A DNA stretch of 63,443 nt, the filler included, from Lenisia limosa (lineage: Eukaryota > Protista > Breviatea), in NCBI GenBank assembly GCA_001655205.1. It is 20 parts of 20 records of this genome, joined end to end, with 100 filler letters (N's around TTAATTAATTAA, not from the genome) between each part and the next. Parts side by side here need not be neighbours in the genome. Positions count along the whole stretch, not along the records: positions 22,564 to 39,971 come from LPNZ01011370.1; 19 more parts are not named here. One strand, given 5' to 3'. The notes under the pieces are model-generated. The model saw only the letters and a list, made by a program, of their open reading frames with translations, did no database searches and was not told the DNA's origin. Position numbers and translations under genes: made by a program. Within the stretch, counting starts at the first letter, position 1. Every line of letters begins with the position of its first letter. Shown here one piece after another: positions 27,982 to 39,952 of this stretch.

Positions 27982-28869
27982 ATTACTGATGTATCTGTCT
28001 GTGGCTGTATTTCTGGCTTGTGTTCTTGTATTCGATTTCCCCTGAAAACTGAAATATGAGGAAAACACCACCACCACACCGCACGTACCAAGGGTCGCCG
28101 GTCGCCGTACTGGTCTCGTCGGCCAGCTAGCTGGGGGTCTGAAAATAACTGATAAAAATGGAAGAAGTCTCTACTAGTTCTCAGAAGCATAAGGAAAAAA
28201 TCAACAGAAGTAGAAGTGAGCAGTTATTGTTCAAGCTTGAGGAGGTCTGAAAGAGAGCGTTTTATGAAATACTGTGTGCTTCTATTAGTATGTCTGAAAT
28301 AATTCAGCTCACACAGTAAACGTCTTAGAATGCCACAGTCTCTAGAAAGCATGCAAAACTGAAGAACTAAGCTCCATTTATTGAGCTACGCACCGTCAGT
28401 CTTCTATAGACCTAATGAATTAACTTGCGCACCTACAGTTCTCCGTAGTTGCCAATTACAACAGGTTCTTGGCACTCGTCAAAATCCCGTAACTTTATTC
28501 ACAACCCCATGATTCAGTTGGTTATTACAGCGTTGTGTTTCTTTTCTCATCCCTCTCGAAGGAATATCATTATTTCCTAACCAAATGAAACGGGGCCTGT
28601 ACTATGTTGTAGGTGGTGGAATATATATATATATATATACATGCATGAATCTCCCAGTTATTTTGGCGCCAAAGCCCGAAACTCATTTTGTACATTTACC
28701 TAATCAATGCTAGCCACAATATGCTGAAGATGATAATTGAGTTTTACGAATTAGGTAGTATGGATGTGAGATGAGATCATTCAAACAAGCTTACAACAAA
28801 CCTATTGATTGCAATAGAAAATATATACATCTAATTGTGTATTACTATATTCTGCCCAAATGCAAACAA

Positions 28870-29100
28870 CTAGAGTTCAATAGGCTTGAGTTCTGGTTAA
28901 CAAGCAAAATAACTTGGAGGGAAAGAAGACTTCAGCTTTTGGGCCTTTTTCATGTCTTTTAAAACAAGAGTGTACAAATACTTCGAACATCTAATTTTAA
29001 ACTTAATTGAATCTTTGTTGGTTTTCATTTTGATAGACTGAGCGTCAGCTCTTCTGGCTGTCTGTAAAAACTCCTTAACTTCATTAATAACTTTCGGCAT
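28870..29100 (-). CDS. RPL38: 60S ribosomal protein eL38
   Basis: [46 protein letters not shown]...SSFPP. The C-terminus is KLKPIEL* if the 21-nt intron 28893-28913 is spliced, otherwise it ends at 28897. Confidence 0.95.
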
Positions 29101-29536
29101 CTTGAAAAGAAAAAAGACTATTTATATTTTCATCCCTACTAAAAAACGCTTTGTTTATATTTCTTAGATTCTAACTATTATTTGTAAAAAAAGAGGAAAT
29201 GTCTTTGTTGTAACCCAAAACGCGAGGGAAAAGAAAGGATTGCTTGTAAGCTCAAAATTATTCTTGTCCAACTGAAGAACCTCTCAAGCATGGGCAGTGG
29301 AAGCATTAACCAAGATTTGCTAACTTTTTCGCAACAGCTACGGTACTTTTCGTACAGAGACACTCTTCCGCCAAGAAAACCTTTGTTGCTACAGCCTCCG
29401 CTTCTGGAATATTGCACTTTACCAGACAAAAGTGGTGGAGTATGGAATTTTTGTTTGTTTGGTGGTGGAGTATGGAGTGGTAAAATTTATAACATCAAGT
29501 CCGTACATGTAGATTTTCCTTTTGTGGAGATCACGG

Positions 29537-29729
29537 ATTTTTGACATTTACTCAAAATTGAAAAAAAAAAGTTAGGGAACATTAGGAGGTCCATTTCTTT
29601 ATGTATCTGTCGAAGCATTTTTTCAAAAAACACTAGCAATGGCCTATACAGGTGTCAACTTCAAGCTGTCCGGGAGTTTTGATGTGTCCGGGAATTTTGA
29701 ATGATGTCCGGAGCTTTGAGGACCCACAT
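29537..29729 (+). mobile_element. Family D TIR-element end
   Basis: About 190 bp nearly identical to the reverse complement of 49419-49610; contains TGTCCGG(G/A)A sub-repeats. Confidence 0.8.
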
Positions 29730-29804
29730 ATAGTATTATATGTAATTGGACAGGTTTGATCATCTAGGTGTTTTGAGTGTGGTGCTCTCCCATATATTGC
29801 TCTG

Positions 29805-31208
29805 TTAGGTGATAGACCTCTTTCTTTAGAGTATGTTCCTCCTCTGCCGCATGCCAAGGCTCGCTTGTCGGTTTATAAGAGTATCGGAAACCATTTCCTG
29901 TTATGAAGTTATGGTGAAAGCAAGAGGGTCGATTCGAGATGTGTGGGTTTTTTTAGAGCAATTTTTTTTCACTTTTCAGATTTCCGGGCTCAAAACCTCG
30001 AACTCGCTGTATTCCGAAAGAAGCTGAACCAAAATCTGTTTTTTGCAAAATAAAAGAATTGAAGGAGCTTGAGAAAGGAAAACCTTTTTTGTGTGAACGA
30101 CGATTATCATCGTCAATGGAGAGTTTGAGAATCTGTGGACTCTCAGTAGTTAACTCTGTGGAGAAAAGGCATATCTACTTGAACCCAGGCAATCTTTCGC
30201 TTTCCTTGTGTTTGTAATATTCGATTAAAAGTGCAGTTAAAATATATGTTTAGAGGAGTTAGACTAGAGTCAGCCCTCAAAAGGCTTATTTTTCCCCGCA
30301 AAGCACTTCTAGTTTAGCTTTTAGAGATTAAACGGAGATTAGCTGCCGCTCTGCGTATCGTTTGCGTATAAATACAAAGTTCAAAGTGAGTTCAAAGCTT
30401 TGAGATGCCAGGAACTTGCCAAGAACAGAGCAGCAGAACTTGCTTTGAATAAATGTTGAGTTTGGATTTTGAAGGATTTCGTTCTCTTTTAATGTGATGT
30501 CCCTTTAGTTTAATCCAATTTACTTCAATACAATGTCAGTAGAGCATTAAAGAGTTACTTTGTTTCCCTTGCTTCTTTTGAAGACCCTCTCTTATTTCTT
30601 CCCACGTCTACTGAATGTATTTCACTGGGGGCAATTTTATTCTGCTCCAGGAACCTGTTATATCGCTACCTCTCCGGACCTTTCCAATCTCGATTTACAT
30701 TTTTACTTGAGGATTGGGTGATATTTGACCATCATTTTTCATTTAATGTGCTGAGAAAACATGGCTTTGAGTCTGCGGTGATCCATGATCAGAAAGAAGT
30801 ATTGTATGGAAACACCAATGATAGGTGTGAATCTCCTCGTCCCTCTGCATCGCTTATGTTTTCAAGTCCAGAAGACAGCCAATCGCTTTTGCGCTCTTTA
30901 CTTATTGTTCTACGCTTGCAAAAGTATGTTGTATTGATTTTATTCACTTTTAAGGGATACCTAATTATCAAAATTGATAATTTTGATTACTGCAATGTGT
31001 GCCACTCACACAATTTGAAAGAAATTGGTTGGGAAGAAGCCCCAATGAAGCCTAATGGTGATGTTGCCTTGTTGTTTCTAACTTTTTAGTTTGTATTCAT
31101 ACTGAAGGGCATGAATACCTGTCTCTTAAGGCTCTTCCCAGTTCTGAGTGGGTCAAAACCGAACTAGTTATTTCTAGTAGTGATGGTATGAAGCAGTTTA
31201 CAGAATAG
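29805..31208 (+). pseudogene. Degenerate intron-containing gene of unknown family
   Basis: Long protein-like frames (ALKSYFVSLASFEDPLLFLP...LLIVLRLQK|GYLIIKIDNFDYCNVCHSH). In-frame TGA/TAG/TAA and a frameshift occur in the 5' half, and the last exon ends TAG|GTAAGT. Confidence 0.5.
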
Positions 31209-31713
31209 GTAAGTGAACAGAATCAGATATAGAAATATATATTATGTTGTATGATACCATAATATTATAATAAACATCATCACTCCGATATGAAAAAAAA
31301 GACTGTATTTATCAATAGAACGTCGATAAACATGGATAAATTTGTTCTTTTACGGATTGGCTAATGATATAATACAGTGACCGATTTTTTGAAGAGAAAT
31401 ATGATTAAAAAAAATGGTCAAGACTAACCACGGTCTGATCACGATCACTACAATATTATATATTTTTATTCAAAGAATGGATATCACTCCACCTATTCAT
31501 GATTTCCGGGTTTGAGCACTACTGCCACCTGCTTTCATTGCTACGAGTTCGGTCGGTAATATAAAGGCAGTTCGCACACAGTGTTTAACATTGTGTTATG
31601 TTTTGGCACGTGATAATTAGAGAATTCCAGGCCAGTGATTATTAATATTCGTATCTTTGTTTTTGTTTTTCAATCTCGCTCGAGTTGCAGTTGATGTCTG
31701 TTCTGTGTTTCTA

Positions 31714-31968
31714 TTATCACTATTAGATAATCCTGATGTGTTTTCAATTAATATTTTGAATACAGTTTTTGTGACCATTGTCAAGAGGTACCTGCAACAG
31801 ACACAAATGTTAACAGGTTCCTTGCTAAACCGACATTCGATGACATGAAAGCCCTGGGAGCCCTCGACAACATCCGTATGGACATTAACACACTCACATT
31901 TAGTTTGCTGAATACAGCTTTAAGTCCGTTGAAGGACGATATTGCCGGGAGAGGCGGTCACTGCTGAT
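31714..31968 (+). CDS. Hypothetical exons
   Basis: DNPDVFSINILNTVFVTIVKR|FLAKPTFDDMKALGALDNIRMDINTL with a GT-AG intron. Confidence 0.35.
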
Positions 31969-32717
31969 GAAAAGGAACGTATATTGCTTTCAAAAAGTTA
32001 TATAACAAGATTAAAGCTAATTTTGAGAACAGGAAAAACGTTATAATACACTATACTCTCACAGAATATGTAGTATTATATCATAGCAACAAAATATCAT
32101 TTTGGTCATTTCTAGATTTTCACTCTGGCATAATTTCCTTCAGTAATATGATTGACCATGCAGTTGAAACTTATCAAATTATGGCCTATAGATTTGCTTA
32201 GAAAAATTAAGCAGACTCCCGCTTTAAGTTGTCGTCAGATGAAAATTTTTTATGGTTCGAGTATTACACAAGATAAGTTATACTTTGTTTTTGTCAACAA
32301 ACAGAAGAGGCACAAATTGATTATTATTTATGTATCATATAATAAATTGAAGTTATATGTAATCAATAGAGGAGAGAAAATAGGCATTGAATATCAGTAA
32401 ATTTATCTACCACTCCTCAAAAAGGACTTTAGCAAGTAGCTTTTTCACCAAACGAGAAATATTCGGTCAAGCAAACATTGATTATAATAATCCACAAGAG
32501 TTAACTCCAGTCTCACCCTTCGTACTCCACGAAAAGTGTGACCGACAACTCAGCGGTGCACTTATTGAGGTGAACCATCATATCCAGTATTCGCAGCAAA
32601 CTTTGAAAATAAAAAATACATGACAATCAAAGAAGAAATAAAGCATAACCAACATGAATCACAGATAAGTGGTTAGTACCAATCAATAAAATACACACAT
32701 GAATAACACACTTGTTT

Positions 32718-33369
32718 TCAAATCCAACCGGAGTTCTTCAAGGAATGTACAAGGGCACTCTGGTAGGCTTTGGGCACTTTGGTGAAGTACTTCAAGCCGA
32801 CAGGGGTCAGCCGCAACAGCTTTCCATGGAAAAGCTCCTTTTCCTTCAAACAAAATAAAAATCAAGTGAATATCATTGAAAACAAGATTTATGGAGGTTG
32901 GCACGGTTACTGAAAGCTTAATTCTAATGAAATTGTTGAACAATATTTGCCACCGAGAAATATTTGCTCACTTCAGCAGCTTGCTCTTTGACGTGGTGCG
33001 CCGCAAGGCTCCTGAGCACATCCATCTCCTCTTGAACTATCCTCGGTGGCACGGACAGCGAAGCCACCAACATAGTTATTGATTGTGTTTTATCGGAGAT
33101 AATTCATACTTTATGCGCATCCTTCCAGGAACTTCGAGAAGTTGGGCGGTGAATGGGGCAAAGAGTTTCTCCTTCAAATACACCTGAGTATTCTTGACCA
33201 GTGCGGTGGCAACTTCCTTCTTCATTGAGAATACCTTGGTAGTAAATCCGACAATGTTAGCAGTGCTTGACACCGCATAGGAAAGGTGATACCCATGGGG
33301 TGCATCGTGAGAGAGACTAAAACAGTGAGAGGAAGCGGTATTTTCATCAAATCTAATTGATACTGACAT
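32718..33369 (-). CDS. Hypothetical multi-exon protein, C-terminal part
   Basis: KVFSMKKEVATALVKNTQVYLKEKLFAPF, VPPRIVQEEMDVLRSLAAHHVKEQAAE|EKELFHGKLLRLTPVGLKYFTKVPKAYQSALVHSLKNSGWI*. Confidence 0.45.
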
Positions 33370-33580
33370 GTAAACTTTTTAAAACTACCAAGCAACTGTT
33401 AATACTACTGTGAGGGCAAATGATGAGGCAGAAAGAAAAAAAAGAGCACCACATTGAAGAAAGCCTCCATATCCACCACAGTAAACGTATTTGTAATATT
33501 GATATCACCTTACAATGAAATGGCCATTTTTTGTCGAAGGACTCCAGTGGGGAATCATTATTTTAGAAATATAAATTCAT

Positions 33581-33665
33581 GAGCCATGCATAGGTCCTGA
33601 ATTTGTCGATAAATCCTTGAAAACTATCGCTATTTTACCAGACATTTTTGAACCGAAGCGATGCT
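33581..33665. mobile_element. Family B MITE
   Basis: GATAAATCCTTGAAAACTATCG core and GAACCGAAGCGATGCT|A terminus. Confidence 0.65.
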
Positions 33666-34578
33666 ATGAACATGTTGGCATGTAATTTTGGACAAAACAT
33701 ACATCGGCACATGGGCTTGAGCCATCTTGAAAAGCATCGAACTACTTTAATTAGCTAATAGGATATATTAAACAAGAAAGACAGAATTAAGGTAATTCAA
33801 TGAAATTAACCAAGAACAAGCATAATTGCATAGTTTGGTATATTACAGCAAGCTATATGATATATTCTTGCCGTGCAGGCTTAAGACAGGAACGTCAGTC
33901 GTGGTAGAGGAGGACTATGTCATAAGCATGAATCAATAATTCAAAGGTGTCATTTCGGACAAAAAATTTTAATTTTGATATTTTCAGAATAAAATGGNNN
34001 NNNNNNNTTGCTGTGTCTTGTTGTTGTGTTCCCTTGAAGACATGTTGAACTTCAGTGAGTCAAAGATGTGGGTCTCAAAACTCATGAAGAAATGTACCCC
34101 TGGATTTATTAATAATAACACAACAAGATGGAGAAGGTTGAAAGCATTGTTAACAGGATCACAATACTCAAATAAAAATAAATAAACAATTAATCATCCA
34201 CTACTCTCACCCATCATGTGAATTCTGAAATTTCACCATACCTTCATAGATCACTGATACGACGTGGTTATAACCAACAACGCTCGGGGTTGTAAAAATT
34301 CTGTGAAAATCACCAGGTTTCATGAAAGTTAGTGAAACATAACCACGCATTCTCTCCGGTAACTGAATTTAAATGTAGAATGCGCGATAACCACACTTGG
34401 TTCATAATTATATAAAATATGATACATATTCGTTGCTCAAAAGACCTTCACGTAATGTGTGTAAGAAATCAATTAATTACCTTAATTGGAAACTCTGACG
34501 GAGAAATAATTTTGGAATGTTCACTTTGACAGCTGGTGGTAAGTTGATTACTCCATTAAAAATCTCCAAACTGAGAGC

Positions 34579-35178
34579 GTGTCTCCCTTCTCAGCATCAA
34601 CCTTCAGTTCTACAGTGAACAAAGTACAGATGACAACATTTCTTGCTGTACACAGATTTTTGCTATCAGATGCCAACCGATCTTGTTGCGCTTCTAGTAG
34701 TCCGCTCGATACAAACTCCAAACCACGCCATCACCAAGGACATTTCAATTTCGCTGAATATGAAGGCTTCTGCACTATCCGAACGAGTCTGCAGAAAAGC
34801 AAAGAGGCAAAAGAGAAAGCTAAGGATGCATTGGAAGCCAAGGTCGCCAAAGAAGTAGAGGCAAGGTTGAAGAAGAAAGAGAGAGAAGAAGATGAAGTTG
34901 AAGCTGAAAGGACAGAGAAGAGAAAGAAGGCTAAGACCGACGATCATGTTACAGTCCTTCAGAAAGTTAAGAACAAGCGTGAAGCAAAGGAAAAGAAACA
35001 GAAGAAAGAAGTTGCCTTGAACCGCGAGGCAGGCTCGAAAGGCTAAGGAGAAGCAGAACTGCGAAAATCGATGAATGATGCAAAAGAAACAGTGCAAAAG
35101 GCATTAGCACAGGCACATCTCGAAGGAATAGCCAAACTCAATGCACTCAGAGAGCAATATCGCGCGAAAAGAGCGTAG
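34579..35178 (+). pseudogene. K/E-rich coiled-coil ORF interrupted by TAA
   Basis: The frame continues past TAA at 35044-35046 as GEAELRKSMNDAKETVQKALAQAHLEGIAKLNALREQYRAKRA*. Confidence 0.5.
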
Positions 35179-35415
35179 GTTCTTCAGAAGTGTTTTTTTA
35201 TTAAATACAGGTCAATTTCAGTTTTTTTTTTTTTTTTTGGTCTCTCGATTAGTATACCACACATATCTTTATATAGAAATGAGTTAATAGAATAAAATTG
35301 TTTTGTTTATTTTGTAGATAAGTGGCAAAAAGATATATTGAGAACGAAATCAAAACAACATTTACTGGTGGGCGGGGGCTGGTGGGAATATCCGTCTTTT
35401 GGTATTGAAATGGGA

Positions 35416-38400
35416 TCAAGGTGATGGTGTAATTTGACCTTCATTTCTCAAAAAAGCTTTGTTATTCCGCTCCATCACGATGACATTAGTAAATCGAATC
35501 AACTCGAAGACACAAGGGTTTTTCATGGGCGAGTGAGTACGAATCTCCCCAAACATATATATTTGCATGGGTTTTGCGTGCACGCGAAGGTGTGAAGACG
35601 AAAGCCTTCTGGGAGATTCGGAATGACTCCCGAATATGACCGGAACAGAATCAGTGTCCTCCAAAACATGTGAGTTGGCGGCAGGTAGTGTTTGTTTTTT
35701 GCGCTTATCGAGAATGTCAGCCACGAGTACGGCGAATGCCACCCAGGTGTCTCTCTTTTCCTTTGAAGCAAACGATGTTAAATCTACATGTGGAAGCCTC
35801 GTAATGCTTTTCGCAGGGGCTCAAACCCCACTCACTACTTCAATTAATTCATTGATTGCAGACGGTCAGCATACATATCTTTAATACGTTTCATCACGAA
35901 AATGCCTGAAAGGTCAAATGTTGACGTTTGGTTCCAGTCAGTCGAGTCAAGGTTTGGAGGGGATTGCAGGTACTTAACTGAGAAGAAAACCCCATACCAC
36001 TGCACAACCGTGTGGGCTTCATCAACCACTACCGCAGCAACGCCTTTTCTGAGAGCAAGACTAATGAAGCGGGCTATTTTTCGGTATAAGAACCCCAGGA
36101 ACATGCAAAACTCAAGATATTAGGTCCCTTATTCTTCTCTTGCAATAAAATAGAAGAATATGAAAAAAATATAGCTATTATTTAAGGAAAAAGGAAAACT
36201 ANNNNNNNNNNNNNNNNNNNNNNNNNNNNNNNNNNNNNNNNNNNNNNNNNNNNNNNNNNNNNNNNNNNNNNNNNNNNNNNNNNNNNNNNNNNNNNNNNNN
36301 NNNNNNNNNNNNNNNNNNNNNNNNNNNNNNNNNNNNNNNNNNNNNNNNNNNNNNNNNNAGGAGCGTGGTTCTGGTGAAAACTTCTAACTTGTTCAGCCTT
36401 CTCTGGCCTATCTTCCTTAATATCAACGCGTTTATGTACGCGCATATTTTTCTCACCCTGGGTTTGCCTTATATCGCTACCTCTCCTAACCTCTCTGTTT
36501 TAAAAATAGGGCATTGGTCCACTCTGAGCCAAAACTAGGAATATGTTCAGGTGAGAAGTACACTAAAGTGTTACAGATCCGAAACAAAAACGACACAATT
36601 CTCAAAAACGTATTACCACTTATAAATCTTACAAACTAACAGTTGGACCTTGTCCTCTTCCTCGGTTGATTTCAAATTCAGGAAATCATCGGCTGACATT
36701 ACCACAATCCCATTGACACGATGCTTTGTGACTTGGTCGACCTCTAGTGCAACGAGTGGTACACAAACCGCAACAACTTTGTTAGTACACAGGGCCATGG
36801 GAAGCTGGGGGGTGGAATTTCCTCAGCCAGTCGGTGAGCGAAGGAGCACAGTTTTCCCTTTAAGTTCAGACCAGACACCTTGTATTCATCATGGAAGCCC
36901 CTCCAAGCCTGTCAAGCCTACTTTCAAGCAATAGCACAACTGCCTCTTTCTGCTCAGGCTTGAGCACAAAACCTCTTGGGAACACATTAGGATATAGTTC
37001 CTAGACTTCCTCGAATGAAAGAACCTAAATTAATTATGATTTTTTATTTTTTCAGATGTAAACTTGGGAGTGAGGTGGGAAAGATCGTGAGGCAGGAATA
37101 GGGGGTACTGAAGATGGTTCCGGGACGTGACTCAAAAAAATGACTTCTCAATATGAACTTCAATATGTATGTATACATCAACGACTGATAGCGATGAGCG
37201 GGACTAGGAGGTGTTGTTTCCAGAAAGACATACCTTCGTTGGCGACACCATTGCAGCCTCCTTCCTTCTTTTATCAACAACCCAGATAAAATAACCTATT
37301 TACTGCGAAAAGTAGAAAAAAACTGAGATTCCACCGGGTATAAGACCAAGAGCTTAGCGGAGGAATTATGCCCGGTGCGTACCGGGAATTAACAACCATG
37401 AAACAGCGGCCCAACCCCCCCCCTACCGAGACTACATACCTATTCCAAAAAATGCATGTTGGATATAAACTTGCATTACAGGAATTGCAAGTTTGCTGCA
37501 CTATGATCAAAACCTCTTCTGTGATCATGCCGGTATGTTTGTTCTCCCCTTCTGTCCTTTTCTTTCCTGTATCTTTGTCGCTTCATCAGTATATCAGTAT
37601 GATTGGTAGCTTAAAAAAGATAATGTTTTGTACGAAATTATTTTGCCCTTGAATGGAACTTGAACTGATCAGTATGAACTTCATCTGCTGCAGTACTTGA
37701 ATATTGGAGACAAAGAAAAGAGTCCCTCAGACACCAAAAAATGCGAAACGCCCTACATTTGAAGTAGGAACGGGATTTCCAAACAGTATTTTGTGGGGGT
37801 TGATTCCTGATGAAATATATACATATGTTGTGTAGTTTCCAACTTGTACACCTATCTCGCTTCTTTTTATCCTCTCTGTGGTAGTTTTCACAAAAAAAAG
37901 GTACAAGAGCCATTTGTACGGAATTCTTTCCCTATTGCACTGGCCACTGACCGCTTTCCCGACCTTTCGCACTCCGTCATCCATCCAAGACAAGACTCTC
38001 TTGGGAAAAGGTACTGTCCTTTGTTATCACTGAAGGGATTGCAGACTTTTATTAAGGAATCACATGGGAGTATGACCAGGCTTTGCTTGGCCTTTGCCAT
38101 GTCGGCCCAGGCACTCTTGCCATGAGGTTTACAACTCCGGGTAGACGACACACCAGATCGGTATGTATTCAGCGAATCCATCGGGGCATCTTCCTAATGT
38201 TCCAGAATGAGGCTACTGTCGTGTACCTCAGCCACATCGAGGTAAATGGCTCGGTCGAGGACCGTTCAATCTGCACTGCCTGCCATACCAATTTGGTACC
38301 TTTCATTGTCGAGCGCCCACAGGAAATCTTTGGTATGTAATTCGATTTACTTCGCTTATTCTCCTAAGCTGCCACTTGCTCCAAGATGTNNNNNNNNNNG

Positions 38401-38830
38401 CCTGTGCCACATTCCCACCTCAGGTGTGTTGGCTGTGAAGAAAATAAATAAATAAATATAATTTTTATTCGTTATTATAATACGTAGACAGTATTAATAT
38501 ATGTAAACCCATATCTGTGGGTGACATGATCATATGATCGACTTTTGAGTCAAAATGATGAATGGGGATAGAACGGGTGTTCATCTCGAGTATCCGAGTT
38601 CCATAGATGTTTCGTCAAAATATCTAGTGGCAATCAAGAAACAGTTTGTACCTTTTTGGAGTAATTCTGACTTGTTTGGCTTAGTAAGAGGGATCATATC
38701 CTTAATTCAGGTAGTTGGACCACCTATAATAATAATGAACAAAAGAAAGAGAGCAAACCTTTCCCAAAATAGATATTTTTTGACTCATCTGAGTGAGACG
38801 AATCAGGGAGCAAAAATATCATTGGAAAGG
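35416..38830 (-). pseudogene. Degenerate Cys-rich ORF followed by a truncated RecQ-like SF2 helicase domain (putative transposon gene)
   Basis: Exons 37018-35998 read FVLKPEQKEAVVLLLE|KTVLLRSPTG*GNS..QLP, VAVCVPLVALEVDQV, LVYFSPE and VAAVVVDEAHTVVQW (motifs 0/I/Ia/II). No motif III-VI was seen. The upstream frame is Cys-rich with many in-frame stops and one frameshift. Confidence 0.7.
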
Positions 38831-38831
38831 T
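38757..38831. repeat. 75-bp imperfect palindrome
   Basis: ACCTTTCC..GATATTTTT ... AAAAATATC..GGAAAGGT. Confidence 0.65.
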
Positions 38832-39414
38832 GAAGTCTTTGGTTGGTATCCTTGTTTAGCTCAATCCAGCGAATATTACTCCCAATTCTAATGCATAGTG
38901 GATTGCCTAAAATAATCACATCAAAAAGCACCCACTAGAAACAGGCAAGGGGGTATTGAAGTGACACCAGGGTAATTTTTGTACATCCGTCAGCACCCTA
39001 GTTCCGCGAACTCTGCAAAAAGGAGGTATAGAACACGAATTTCATTATTTTTCTCAATGATTTGAGGCTAAAAAATATATGATAATTGTATGTAGTATAT
39101 AATATGTATATCCCACCGGTCATAAATCAGGTGGAAATCAGAAAAATTGAGAATTTTGGCTCTATTTAGCCCCAAACTTGGACGGAAAACACAATAACAT
39201 TTCTTTACTATACACCATGATATTACATGTTCATCTTTTTAGCTGATTTTTTTAAAAGTTTCACTGATGGGCATCAATAACGAGGGTTAAAGACAATAAT
39301 AATGGTATTTTTTTTTCCGTATTCTTTGGTGGGCACAAAGTTGCTTTTTTTCAGCTGACAATTGTTCCCCGTCCCTCCTCTAGTAAAGTATCAGTGTTTT
39401 TAAAGGTTATTTGA

Positions 39415-39952
39415 GAACTGTTAATAAGGATGGTTTTATGATTACATTGCAAAGATATACATGTACTTCTAAATTGAATTCTCCTCTTCAGAAGTATGAA
39501 GCGGTAAGTTTGGAACTTTAATGCAAACTGTATCATCTCACACCCCTTACTATTTAATATTTTTTAGTCCAATGTGAGGATAGACAACCCTATTGTAGCT
39601 GCCGTAATAGAGAAAGACACTGGAATTCGCGTCGGCAAAACCGTAACTAAGCGAATCAAGAAGATGGNNNNNNNNNNGAAGCAATATTGCATGATAGGGT
39701 GTCAGAAGGGTTAAAATGCTGCAAATATGTCTTCTGCTGAATTTGACTTCTTAAGCCAGAGATCACATTTCAAAATGAAAGGGGCTTCTTGCAAGGAATC
39801 CGAATGATCAAGACCGTCAAACATGCTGTCCGTAACATGGATGGCATAGAGGCCGATAAAAGAGGCGCGGAAGGTGCGGCTAGAGTTTTATGGAAAGGAG
39901 GAGATTGTCGTTACTCAGGAGAAGGAACTACCCAAAGAAGGTTTGTAAATAT
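39415..39952 (+). pseudogene. Degenerate intron-containing gene of unknown family
   Basis: Exons GYLRTVNKDGFMITLQRYTC, SNVRIDNPIVAAVIEKDTGIRVGK and KG*NAANM...SE*SRP...WMA*RPIKEARKVRLEFYGKEEIVVTQEKELPKE|GT. Confidence 0.5.

Noticed and set aside
28662-28673. Perfect palindrome TTTGGCGCCAAA as an E2F site
   Set aside because: It is a single 12-mer about 680 bp from the ACH1 start and downstream of RPL38, with no supporting context.
34666-35097. ORF-track ORFs such as 34666-35097(-), 43524-43928(+), 50665-51045(+), 52981-53277(-), 44380-44901(-) and all X-filled ORFs
   Set aside because: They are antisense shadows of real exons, translations of minisatellites, or artefacts of N runs.
39283-39291. 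GAGGGTTAA as a piggyBac right end bounding the decayed block
   Set aside because: No matching TTAACCC left end was found in the contig, and decayed genes continue beyond it.
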